Source: a virus
DNA: 64,000 bases
IMG/VR virus record: IMGVR_UViG_3300028706_000553
Strand: one strand, 5' to 3'
Positions within the stretch are counted from its first letter, which is position 1. Every line of letters begins with the position of its first letter. Made by a program: the position numbers and the translations under genes. Below the pieces are notes generated by a model. It was not told where the DNA came from. It saw only the letters and a list, made by a program, of their open reading frames with translations, and searched no databases. Positions 47,504 to 56,583 of the stretch are shown here, one piece after another.

Positions 47504-47535
47504 ATATAACTAATAACATATTATGAAGAGGAATT

Positions 47536-48117
47536 ATGGCAGAAACTGCAGAAGTCGCTGAATCCACCGAGTGGAGTCACGATACAATGATTGAAGGACT
47601 ATGGCGCTCTGGTGATAAACAAGAAGTTTCCATTTTATATGAACGAGAAGATAAATCTCGATATTCCGGACAAGCAGAAGAAGGAACAAAAGAATGGAAA
47701 GATTTCTTTTTTAAATTCACTACCGAACAAGTAGACTCTTTTACAGATGCACATCGTGCTCAAAGAGAAGCCCACGGGCCAAGGCCTGATCATCAAAAAC
47801 AAATTCAAAAAAGAGAAGACAAACAAGCAGTTGAAAGGAAAAAAGCAGCTGATGAATTAGAATCTCTTTTTCGTGCAAAATTAGAAGCTTTTGAAATACC
47901 AGAAGTTAGAGACAGTGAAAATCGAGATTTAAGATCTCGTATTAGAAAATCTAAATCATTAACAGAAATTTCTGCGTTAGTTGCTTCACTCATTACTCTA
48001 TCTATTATCAGGGTAACCTTAAAAGCAGAAGACCTTTTAGATGAAACACCAGAAGTAAAAGAAACTTCTGGAACAATTGAAGAAGTTGCTAATGAGGTTC
48101 CTAAGGATGAGAACTGA
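47536..48117 (+). CDS. hypothetical protein
   Basis: 193-aa ORF with RBS GAGG; no recognisable motif. Confidence 0.7.
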   Translation: MAETAEVAESTEWSHDTMIEGLWRSGDKQEVSILYEREDKSRYSGQAEEGTKEWKDFFFKFTTEQVDSFTDAHRAQREAHGPRPDHQKQIQKREDKQAVERKKAADELESLFRAKLEAFEIPEVRDSENRDLRSRIRKSKSLTEISALVASLITLSIIRVTLKAEDLLDETPEVKETSGTIEEVANEVPKDEN

Positions 48118-48910
48118 TGAAGGTTTTTTATTAGTAGCTACTAACCATAAACCGTATCACACTGCTGCACAACAGTTAGCTGATAGTTTAAAAGAATTTG
48201 CACCTGAACATCCGGTAATACTTTTCACAGAAGATAAATGGGTAGATTGTCCTGGAAATCATATTTTTGATGAAGTCCATGGAGGTATGCCTAGTTCTAA
48301 TCGCGCTAAATTACTAGCATTAAAAGATACTCCTTTCGATATTACATGTTATTTAGATTCTGATATGGTATGTGTTCATCCGGATGCACCTTTAATTTTT
48401 AAAGGTTTAAAAGATGGATATGATATGGCGTGGACTAAAATTAGAACATATGCCGCAGCTATGGTTTGGTGGGATAAAAAACAATTAAAAGTCCCACATG
48501 GTGGAATGTGCTTATATAGAAAATCAGATAAAATGATTTCTTTTATGGAACAATGGTGGGAAAATTGGTGTTGGAAAAAGAATCAAGTAGCAGAATGGGA
48601 CGAAAGATGGAATGGCAAATATCCTTATTGGGAAACCAGAGGATGGGATCAGTTTCCTTTACATTTAATGATGGGCGCTATTAGACAAGATGATCCATGG
48701 TATAGACCTGATATAAAATGGCATTGGGTTTATGGCGGCGATCCACCCTGTACACCTGAAACAGATGATTGGAATGATGGAAGTGATTCAAGGTGGAATT
48801 GGATTATTGGATACCATCATGATAGGGAAAATATGAAACCAGAAGATATAGTATTTCGCGATTATTCGTGTTTATTATTTAAAAGTCAATATCAAAATGG
48901 AAGAGTATGA
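48107..48910 (+). CDS. GT-A fold glycosyltransferase-like protein
   Basis: GFLLVAT, RAKLLAL..TPFDITCYLDSD (DxD motif), HGGMCLY, WDQF. Start taken at ATG 48107 (ORF track starts at 48077). Confidence 0.65.
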   Translation: MRTDEGFLLVATNHKPYHTAAQQLADSLKEFAPEHPVILFTEDKWVDCPGNHIFDEVHGGMPSSNRAKLLALKDTPFDITCYLDSDMVCVHPDAPLIFKGLKDGYDMAWTKIRTYAAAMVWWDKKQLKVPHGGMCLYRKSDKMISFMEQWWENWCWKKNQVAEWDERWNGKYPYWETRGWDQFPLHLMMGAIRQDDPWYRPDIKWHWVYGGDPPCTPETDDWNDGSDSRWNWIIGYHHDRENMKPEDIVFRDYSCLLFKSQYQNGRV

Positions 48911-49707
48911 AACATACAGAACATATTACTAATTTTTGTAATGATCCAGATATTTTAAATATTTTAGAAGAACTTGGTGAATATTTAGACGGTTTAGATT
49001 TAGATGCAATGAAACTTCGACCAGGGCGTCAAAATAAACCTGAAATGAATGCTGTCATTTCAGATAATTATTTAAGTACATTTAGAAAAACAGTTAGGCC
49101 AGGACCTCCTTGGCATCAAAAAATAGTAGATCTTCTATTAGATTTAAAACAAAGAAAACGTAATACAAAAGTAGCAGACCTGGCAACTGCTTTAGGAAAA
49201 AGAATAGGAGCAAGAAAACAGGCTCTCAGTGCAATATATCCTCCAGGTGGCTATGTTGGGTGGCATACTAATGCAGATGTTCCGGGTAGAAATTTATTAT
49301 TTACTTGGTCTCAAAAAGGTGAAGGTGTTTTAAGATATAAGAATCATACAAAAGGATTCTCTTTTGATATACCTGATCACAAAGGTTGGAATATAAAATC
49401 ATTTGATTGGTTTAGTCATGGTCAATCTGAAAAGGAAGGATATACATGGCATGCTGCAGGATCAAATTGTTTAAGAGCAACCCTTGCTTTTGTTATTCAT
49501 AATAATCCAATGTCCAACGAAATGTTAGAGGATGACTTCAATTTAACATCTTGGAGTCCGGGTTGCTTTATAAGTGATACTGATTTAAAATATGAATCTA
49601 AGTGGTGGGAGAATACTAAAGATAGTATTATCAATTATGAATTAAGTGATGAATTAATAAGTGAACTTGAAACAAGCCCTTCAGGTGTAAAATATGGTCC
49701 TCGATAA
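48907..49707 (+). CDS. 2OG-Fe(II) oxygenase-like / cupin protein (HxN variant)
   Basis: YPPGGYVGWHTN...WHAAGSNCLR, a double-stranded beta-helix ligand pattern. Confidence 0.5.
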   Translation: MKHTEHITNFCNDPDILNILEELGEYLDGLDLDAMKLRPGRQNKPEMNAVISDNYLSTFRKTVRPGPPWHQKIVDLLLDLKQRKRNTKVADLATALGKRIGARKQALSAIYPPGGYVGWHTNADVPGRNLLFTWSQKGEGVLRYKNHTKGFSFDIPDHKGWNIKSFDWFSHGQSEKEGYTWHAAGSNCLRATLAFVIHNNPMSNEMLEDDFNLTSWSPGCFISDTDLKYESKWWENTKDSIINYELSDELISELETSPSGVKYGPR

Positions 49708-50281
49708 GAAATCCCCTTATATAAGAATTCAAAGTGGATGGTTTAAAAAGAATAAAGATAAGATTATTAAAGAATTTGAACCTTTAGTTGAAGAAGGAAC
49801 GACTGTAGGTGGAAATAAAAACGAAAAAAGAAAATCAGATGTTCATCTTTTTGATATTTGGAGATTAGAATTAACTGATTTTAAAAAAGTTATTATTTTT
49901 AAAGTTAAAGAGATATTTACTACAGAAAATAAAAATTATGGATTTGATTTAGATTATTCTACTGTAAATATTCAATTTACTAGATATCAAAAAGATGATT
50001 TTTATGAATGGCATGCAGATGATGATTTACTGAATACACATATAAAAACACATAGTATAAGAAAATTAAGTATGGCAATGCCTTTAAATATTGGTGAATT
50101 TGAAGGTGGTGAATTTGAAATTAAATTATCCCCAAGTGAAAATGCAAAAACAAGAAAAATACCTATAGAGCCTGGAAATATAATAGTATTTCCTAGTTTC
50201 TTAGAGCATAGAGTCCTCCCAATAACCTCAAATACACGTTATTCTTTAGTGGCGTGGATCTCAGGACCTCCATGGAGATAA
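49694..50281 (+). CDS. 2OG-Fe(II) oxygenase (prolyl-hydroxylase-like family)
   Basis: QFTRY, YEWHAD (HxD), RKLS, FEGGEF, IVFPSFLEHRVLPITSNTRYSLVAW. Confidence 0.9.
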   Translation: MVLDKKSPYIRIQSGWFKKNKDKIIKEFEPLVEEGTTVGGNKNEKRKSDVHLFDIWRLELTDFKKVIIFKVKEIFTTENKNYGFDLDYSTVNIQFTRYQKDDFYEWHADDDLLNTHIKTHSIRKLSMAMPLNIGEFEGGEFEIKLSPSENAKTRKIPIEPGNIIVFPSFLEHRVLPITSNTRYSLVAWISGPPWR

Positions 50282-50324
50282 ATACAATATATGTAGACAG
50301 AAAATGTATTGTAGGATATGAACC

Positions 50325-51068
50325 ATGGCAAAACCGCAAACTCGCGAACAATTAAAACAATACTGCCTCAGAAGTTTAGGTCACCCAGTTATAGAAGTTA
50401 ATGTTGATGACGATCAATTAGAAGATCGCATTGACGAAGCTTTACAAGTCTGGAATGACTATCATTATGATGGGTCGGAAAAAATTTATTTAAAACATCA
50501 AGTTACATCAGATGATATTACTAACGAATATATTACCGTTGGGGAATCAACTATAAGTATAATCAAAGTACATCCTATTGATTCAACAACAGGAAACATT
50601 AATATGTTTGATGTGAGATATCAATTAAGATTAAATGATATATTTGATTTGAGTAAACAGCAGCTTTCAGGATATACTATGGCTATGCAACACTTGAGTT
50701 TAATAGAAAATTTATTTAATCAATCTCCTTCTTTCAGATTTAATAGACATACAGATAAAGTTTATCTTGATGTTGATTGGGATAAAGAATTGGTTGTTGG
50801 AAAATACTTATTATTTGAATGTTATAAATCCGTAGACCCAGAAGAATTGACCGATGCATATAATGATCTTTGGCTAAAAAAATATATATCTTCATTATTT
50901 AAAAGACAATGGGGATCTAATCTATTAAAATATGAAGGTATGCAATTACCCGGTGGCACTACATTAAATGGTAGACAAATTTTTGATGATGCAACAACTG
51001 AATTACAAATGTTGGATGATGAAATCTTTACGAAGTATCAATTACCTGACGACTTTATGGTAGGATAA
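50325..51068 (+). CDS. gp13: neck protein gp13
   Basis: MAKPQTREQLKQYCLRSLG.PVIEVNVDDDQLEDRIDEAL, KRQWGSNLLKYEGMQLPGG.TLNG. Confidence 0.96.
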   Translation: MAKPQTREQLKQYCLRSLGHPVIEVNVDDDQLEDRIDEALQVWNDYHYDGSEKIYLKHQVTSDDITNEYITVGESTISIIKVHPIDSTTGNINMFDVRYQLRLNDIFDLSKQQLSGYTMAMQHLSLIENLFNQSPSFRFNRHTDKVYLDVDWDKELVVGKYLLFECYKSVDPEELTDAYNDLWLKKYISSLFKRQWGSNLLKYEGMQLPGGTTLNGRQIFDDATTELQMLDDEIFTKYQLPDDFMVG

Positions 51069-51069
51069 A

Positions 51070-51315
51070 ATGAAAAAATTTAAAACTTTTATAGAAAAAC
51101 CTGAATTCTGTAATGTGCCCGGCGGAGTTAAAAGTCCAGCTCTTGCAGCGAAGTGTGCGGAACCAGAAAAGAAAAAACCGGCACCTCAACAAGCTGATAT
51201 TAGATCAAAAGCTTTGAAGGATAAAAAAGATAAGTGGAAAAAATTAGGTTTATCTACTCAAGAACAAGCTGAATTAATTGCAAAATATACCAAACATTCG
51301 GAAATTGCTGGATGA
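51070..51315 (+). CDS. small basic protein, candidate internal head protein
   Basis: N-terminus MKKFKTFIE resembles T4 capsid-targeting sequences. Confidence 0.5.
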   Translation: MKKFKTFIEKPEFCNVPGGVKSPALAAKCAEPEKKKPAPQQADIRSKALKDKKDKWKKLGLSTQEQAELIAKYTKHSEIAG

Positions 51316-51515
51316 AAACGTTTCAAGAATATATTGATGAAGATATCAATTTGCCCATAGAAGTTGGAGATATTGTTCTCGGTGGGAAATTTAAAAATAG
51401 AAGAATAGAAGTAAAAGATATCGGAAAAAATGAAAAGGGTGATATTACTATTAATGGAAAATCAATTCTCAGGATCAGAATAACAGACGAAAAGGCTGAC
51501 GATGCCGACGAGTAA
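51312..51515 (+). CDS. small protein, candidate internal head protein
   Basis: N-terminus MKTFQEYIDE closely resembles the T4 internal-protein targeting sequence MKTYQEFIAE. Confidence 0.55.
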   Translation: MKTFQEYIDEDINLPIEVGDIVLGGKFKNRRIEVKDIGKNEKGDITINGKSILRIRITDEKADDADE

Positions 51516-52344
51516 TTATTTTCAAAAATTTGATCATAATAATGAACAAAATCTTCTTCAAGATTTAATGGTGGAGTCTATTCAAATTTTTGGACATGAT
51601 GTATCTTATTTGCCCAGAACAAAAAATAACGTAGATAACATATATGGTGAAGATCCAACTTCATCTTTTGAATCAGCTTATCCTATAGAAATGTATATTA
51701 AGAATACTGATGGATTTGAAGGCGAAGGTGCATTTGTTGGTAGATTTGGATTAGAAATCAGAGAACAAATAACATTTACTGTTGCAAGACGTACTTGGGA
51801 TGGACAAGGAATATCTGATAGACCTTTAGAAGGCGATTTAATTTGGATGCCTCTAACAAGTAAGTTATTTGAAATACAATTTGTTGAGCACCAGGCTGTC
51901 TTTTATCAAATGGGAAAACTTCCTGTTTATGATTTATCTTGTGAATTGTTTGAGTATAGTGATGAAGATATTGATACAGGTATAGCAGCAATAGATAAAG
52001 TAGAAGTTGAAAATGCTTATTCAGTAGAATATGTATATTCCGCTAATTCGGGTGTTTTTACAACTGATGAAACTGTTACAGGAACTCTTTCAGGAGCAAC
52101 GGCAGTAGTATTACAAACATCAACTTCAGGTTCAGATAGTATTATAAGGTTAACAAATATTGTTGGTACTTTTAGTGCAACGGAACAAATTACAGGTGGC
52201 ACTTCAGGCACGACAGCTAATTTAGGTGCAACTGCAACGGAGTTTGCAGGTGACAGTACTGCTAATAATAAAACAATACAGACGACAGCAGATGGCATTA
52301 TAGATTTTAGTGAAGGAAATCCATTTAGTGAAGGAAGTTTTTAA
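51502..52344 (+). CDS. gp14: neck protein gp14
   Basis: EQNLLQDLMVESIQIFG.DV.YLPR, IEMY, FGLEIR, RPLEGDLI, FYQMGK..VY.LSCELFEYS, DFSEGNPF. Confidence 0.96.
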   Translation: MPTSNYFQKFDHNNEQNLLQDLMVESIQIFGHDVSYLPRTKNNVDNIYGEDPTSSFESAYPIEMYIKNTDGFEGEGAFVGRFGLEIREQITFTVARRTWDGQGISDRPLEGDLIWMPLTSKLFEIQFVEHQAVFYQMGKLPVYDLSCELFEYSDEDIDTGIAAIDKVEVENAYSVEYVYSANSGVFTTDETVTGTLSGATAVVLQTSTSGSDSIIRLTNIVGTFSATEQITGGTSGTTANLGATATEFAGDSTANNKTIQTTADGIIDFSEGNPFSEGSF

Positions 52345-53339
52345 TGTTAGGACAATATTGGTATCACGGATTAACAAGAAAATATGTTTCTATATTTGGA
52401 ACCATTTTTAACGACATCTATTTAAAGCGTAAGAATGCTTCTGATGAATTTGTCGAAACATTAAAAGTTCCCTTAGCATACGGTCCGAAACAAAAATTTA
52501 TGACTAGGATCTCGGGCGATGCTAATCTAGACAAAAAGGTGGGGATGCAACTGCCGAGGATGGGCTTCGAGATGACTTCCATGTCATACAGTCCCGAGAG
52601 AATGTTGCATCCCCTTAACCAACAAAAATCAATGTGGAAGGGTCAAATTGGAGTAGTTAAAAGTCCAGTACCATATGATTACGCTTTCACATTGTCAGTG
52701 TTTGTAAAAAATGCGGATGACGGAACACAAATAATTGAACAGATAGTACCGTTTTTTCAACCCGATTTTACAGTAACTATAAATGCACTTCCAACAATGG
52801 GAATCAAGTTAGATGTTCCTATTATTTTAAATGGTGTTAATATTGAAGATTCATATGAAGGTGATTATCAAACACGAAGAGCAATAGTTTGGACATTAGA
52901 TTTTACAGTTAAGGGTTTTCTTTATCCGAATATTAAAGGTAAAGGATTTGGTGACGGTAGTGATGATCAGGCAACAGCATTAATACGCACATCAATTATC
53001 AATTTTCATATAATGCCGTATAGAGATCCAGGCTCGGTAGACGCCGAAAGAATTTTATTAGAATCAGATACAGGGTTTGGAAAAGGTAGGGATGAAATAT
53101 TAAATGAAGATGATTCCAAAATGTTATTAGAAACAACTAGAACAGATATTAATGCAACATTAGTAAAATCAAGATTTACATCTAAAGTACCTATAGATGT
53201 ACCAGCTGGCGATGATTATTATGAACCAACAGAAACAAGAGATTTCTTTGCAGAAGGTCTTGAATGGGATCCAGCTACAGGTACTGATACAATGGGTGGT
53301 ACATTAGATATAAACGCATTCGGTAATTCAAACAAATGA
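52344..53339 (+). CDS. gp15: tail sheath stabiliser / terminator gp15
   Basis: MLGQYWYH, FGTIFNDI, VPLAYGPKQKF, LPRMGFEM, QIIEQIVPFFQP, DSYEGDY..RR.I.WTLDF. Confidence 0.96.
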   Translation: MLGQYWYHGLTRKYVSIFGTIFNDIYLKRKNASDEFVETLKVPLAYGPKQKFMTRISGDANLDKKVGMQLPRMGFEMTSMSYSPERMLHPLNQQKSMWKGQIGVVKSPVPYDYAFTLSVFVKNADDGTQIIEQIVPFFQPDFTVTINALPTMGIKLDVPIILNGVNIEDSYEGDYQTRRAIVWTLDFTVKGFLYPNIKGKGFGDGSDDQATALIRTSIINFHIMPYRDPGSVDAERILLESDTGFGKGRDEILNEDDSKMLLETTRTDINATLVKSRFTSKVPIDVPAGDDYYEPTETRDFFAEGLEWDPATGTDTMGGTLDINAFGNSNK

Positions 53340-53791
53340 TTAAAGATAAAATGGAAACTATTGAAAATATTGATAAGCAGGTTGACCCTAAAACGGTTGA
53401 TACAAAATTAGATGAGGTATTTGAGATTACACCAACATCTAAAAATGAACCTGTTGTATATAAAAAACCAGAAGTGAATGATGATGGAATGGATACTGAT
53501 TTTCAGTATGCACGAGAAAATATATATAATGTGATAGAGAGAGGGTCTGACGCCATGGAGGGCTTACTTGAAGTAGCTAGGGAAACAGAACACCCGAGAG
53601 CATACGAAGTAGTAGGTCAGTTAGTTGATAAGTTAACAAATGCAAATAAAGAGTTAATGGGATTACATAAAACAAAAAAAAGCATGTCAGATGAAGTCGT
53701 AAGGTCACCTCAAAATGTTACTAACGCACTATTTGTAGGGAGTACAGCTGATCTTCAGAAGATGCTGAAACAGAAATCTAAGGAGGCGTAA
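53336..53791 (+). CDS. gp16: terminase small subunit gp16
   Basis: DFQYARENIY..IERG.DA...L.EVA.E.EHPRAYEV, NALFVGSTADLQKML. Confidence 0.95.
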   Translation: MIKDKMETIENIDKQVDPKTVDTKLDEVFEITPTSKNEPVVYKKPEVNDDGMDTDFQYARENIYNVIERGSDAMEGLLEVARETEHPRAYEVVGQLVDKLTNANKELMGLHKTKKSMSDEVVRSPQNVTNALFVGSTADLQKMLKQKSKEA

Positions 53792-53793
53792 GC

Positions 53794-54144
53794 GTGGAAT
53801 CGCTATTCAGTGCGGTAAATATAACAATGTTTGGGATTATATTATTTTCCTCATTGTTCATATTTCTATTCAACTACAGACACGATAATAAAGACAAGTA
53901 TCAGGGCAAGTATTCTCTAATTGTATTTGATCTTTTCATTAACATGGGTATGTCAATTACTGGTTATATTTTAGTATGGCTAGTATTTGAAAACGTTCCA
54001 CAATTAGCTCCATTTAACACTTATAGATTTCCAGTAGGATATATGTTTGGTTTGACTTCTAATATAAGCATTCCAATTGTTTTGAAGTGGTTTACATCAC
54101 AAATCACTAAAAAGTTAAATGAAGCAGTGAAGAAAGGAGTATAA
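53794..54144 (+). CDS. small multi-pass membrane protein (holin-like)
   Basis: GTG start with RBS AGGAGG; three hydrophobic stretches and a basic C-terminus. Confidence 0.6.
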   Translation: MESLFSAVNITMFGIILFSSLFIFLFNYRHDNKDKYQGKYSLIVFDLFINMGMSITGYILVWLVFENVPQLAPFNTYRFPVGYMFGLTSNISIPIVLKWFTSQITKKLNEAVKKGV

Positions 54145-54602
54145 TGGCGGTAAAACCTAAACAAACTACTGCTCCTGAAGAAGTTGCGGACGAACATGTC
54201 GAGGTAATGGAATTAGAACCAGTAAAAGCCATTGAAATAGAAACTAAAAATCTAGTAGCATCAAGTAGAATATTCATATACACTATAATAGGATTACTGG
54301 CATATTTAATTTTCTTAGTAATACCAGATATTTCCGAGAAGGTTACATGGGTGGAAAAGGATCTTAATTCTGTATTAGTACAATCAGAAAGATTCAAAAA
54401 ATCCACCAGAGTATTTGCAAGAGATAATCAATGTGCATCTTGTCACTTAGAGCCTGATTATCTTCTTCATAATCTCTTAACGAAGTATCCTAGTTTTTCA
54501 GATATTAAATCATTTATGTCTGTAGGACATCAACGATATTATACAATGACTCAACCTATATCAGATGCTGAACTCTTAGCAATTTATAGGACTTTACAAT
54601 GA
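54144..54602 (+). CDS. membrane-anchored monohaem c-type cytochrome-like protein
   Basis: One TM helix (IFIYTIIGLLAYLIFLVI), CxxCH (CASCH, 54432-54446), candidate distal Met/His, and C-terminal ISDAELLAIY helix typical of class I cytochromes c. Confidence 0.7.
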   Translation: MAVKPKQTTAPEEVADEHVEVMELEPVKAIEIETKNLVASSRIFIYTIIGLLAYLIFLVIPDISEKVTWVEKDLNSVLVQSERFKKSTRVFARDNQCASCHLEPDYLLHNLLTKYPSFSDIKSFMSVGHQRYYTMTQPISDAELLAIYRTLQ

Positions 54603-55720
54603 TCATGGTTGGCAAACTTCTTGCATTTTTAATATTTTTAGTTATATCAGCATATCCCGGTAAAGCCAAAGATTCTCCTCATGATCGTACTGGCGCAGTA
54701 GTTAGCAAAATAAAACAAATAGAATACATTCCAACATATGGATCAACGTTTAAAAGAGTAAAAGAACGTGGTCATATAATATGTGGTGCCAAAGATTCTA
54801 TGCCAGGTTTTGGAGAAGAGCTTTGGGATGCAGAAACAGGCGTATTAAAATTTCAGGGCTTTGATATAGATATTTGTAGGGCAATTGCTACTGCAGTATT
54901 CGGAGATAAGGAAAAGGTTGAATATGAAATAATAGATGGTAAAACAAGATTTAGTTATTTAATAGATGGAACGGTTGATGTGGTATCGGCTACTGTTACA
55001 TACACATATACTAGAAATGTTCTTAAAAAATTAGAGTTCATGCCCACTACATATTATGATGGACAAGGATTTATTGTTCGAAAGACTCTTGGTGTATCAT
55101 CTGCAAAGCAAATGGATGGTGCAAGAATATGTTATAGTTCAACCGGAACTGCCGCAAAAAATACTAAGGATTTTTTTACAAAACATTTTCTTAATTATGT
55201 TCCAGTTGTGGTGCCAGTTGGAGAAAAATCTAAAGATTATTACTTAGATCGTAAATGTGATATGTATGGCACAGATCGCTCCGGTTTAGCATCTAATAGA
55301 ATTGGTTTTAAAAATCCGGAACAACATGTGATCCTTCCAGAAATTATTTCAAAAGAACCTCTTGGTCCAGTAGTAAAATATGGAGATCAACAATGGTCTG
55401 ATATTGTAAGGTGGACAATATATGTTCTGTTCATTGCAGAAGAAATGGGATTAAATTCAAATAATATATCTAAATTTAAAAATAATATAGATCCAAGTAT
55501 ACAACGATTTATGGGCGAATTAAATGGTAATGATCATCCTCATCTAGGGGCTAAATTAGGATTAGATGCTACATGGGCATATGAAGTTATTAAACAAGTT
55601 GGAAATTATAAAGAAATATATGAAAGAAATCTTGGTGAAAATACACCTCTAGCTCTTAAACGTGGGCTAAATAAATTGTACACTGAAGGTGGTTTATTAT
55701 ATGCACCTCCATTAAAATAG
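54599..55720 (+). CDS. aapJ: general L-amino acid ABC transporter substrate-binding protein (AapJ/BztA-like)
   Basis: Signal peptide; GFDIDICRAIA.AVFGD, YYDGQGF, EIISKEPLGP.V..GDQQW.DIVRW, QVGNY.EIYERN, GGLLYAPP. Confidence 0.92.
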   Translation: MIMVGKLLAFLIFLVISAYPGKAKDSPHDRTGAVVSKIKQIEYIPTYGSTFKRVKERGHIICGAKDSMPGFGEELWDAETGVLKFQGFDIDICRAIATAVFGDKEKVEYEIIDGKTRFSYLIDGTVDVVSATVTYTYTRNVLKKLEFMPTTYYDGQGFIVRKTLGVSSAKQMDGARICYSSTGTAAKNTKDFFTKHFLNYVPVVVPVGEKSKDYYLDRKCDMYGTDRSGLASNRIGFKNPEQHVILPEIISKEPLGPVVKYGDQQWSDIVRWTIYVLFIAEEMGLNSNNISKFKNNIDPSIQRFMGELNGNDHPHLGAKLGLDATWAYEVIKQVGNYKEIYERNLGENTPLALKRGLNKLYTEGGLLYAPPLK

Positions 55721-55727
55721 GGAAAAA

Positions 55728-56045
55728 ATGCCAGATGAATTAGTCGATAAAATGTCAAATGAAATAGCCGCAGCAGAAGATAACTTACGAATATGGACAG
55801 AAAAATATGAAATGGAAGTTAGGCGTGAAGCAGTGACTGCACAAGCGGATGCAAAGATGGCACTTGACGCGGCAAAAATAAGATTAGAGAAGTTGACAGC
55901 ACAATATAAACCAGAATATTTAACTAGGTTTGAAGCACTTCCAGTTCCACCAAAGTTTAAGCCACCATTGCCTGTAATACCAGAAGAAATTAAAAAAGAA
56001 ATTCTACCAAAGGTAACCAGAAGTAAGAAGAAAAAGAAAAAGTGA
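55728..56045 (+). CDS. hypothetical protein
   Basis: Coiled-coil N-terminus, Pro-rich segment and Lys-rich tail. Confidence 0.6.
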   Translation: MPDELVDKMSNEIAAAEDNLRIWTEKYEMEVRREAVTAQADAKMALDAAKIRLEKLTAQYKPEYLTRFEALPVPPKFKPPLPVIPEEIKKEILPKVTRSKKKKKK

Positions 56046-56084
56046 GTTAATAAAATATAAACATTATAATTAAAAAAGGATGAT

Positions 56085-56309
56085 ATGTCTTGGATTGGGA
56101 ATATAATTAAAAAAGTTTTTAAAAATGAAGGTTTAAAACAACCAGAACCTGAACCTAAAAAAGCTGAGAAAAAAGTAAAAAAGAAAAATTTGAAAAGTAT
56201 GACAAAAAAACAATTAGAGTCATACGGTAGAGAATTAGGTGTCGAATTGGATAGACGACATAATAAAGCTAAATTAATTGCACGACTGGAAGAGGCGGTT
56301 GCAAATTAA
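56085..56309 (+). CDS. small protein with Rho-N / HeH-like helical domain
   Basis: LKSMTKKQLESYGRELGVELDRRHNKAKLI resembles the Rho N-terminal / SAP-HeH motif. Confidence 0.55.
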   Translation: MSWIGNIIKKVFKNEGLKQPEPEPKKAEKKVKKKNLKSMTKKQLESYGRELGVELDRRHNKAKLIARLEEAVAN

Positions 56310-56583
56310 TAATACAATAAAAGAGTATTGGCGCGATTGGGCTGCACTCGTTTATTTGTTTATCTGCTTAGTAGATTTTTTTGTAGCGCCTTTGATATGG
56401 AACTTAATGATGGCGGAATATTGTGACACACATGATTGTATAAAAGAAGGTGTAACACGATGGATTCCTTTGACACTTGAAAGTGGCGCCATGTTTCATC
56501 TTTCATTCGGAGCAATCCTTGGTGCAACGTCATTTAATAAACATAAAGAGATTCACGCTAGCACTAAGTCTACTGATACTTAG
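56299..56583 (+). CDS. holin-like membrane protein
   Basis: WAALVYLFICLVDFFVAP and W.PLTL..GAMFHLSFGAILG pattern; likely TTG start at 56299 behind GAGG (ORF track starts at 56278). Confidence 0.55.
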   Translation: MQINNTIKEYWRDWAALVYLFICLVDFFVAPLIWNLMMAEYCDTHDCIKEGVTRWIPLTLESGAMFHLSFGAILGATSFNKHKEIHASTKSTDT

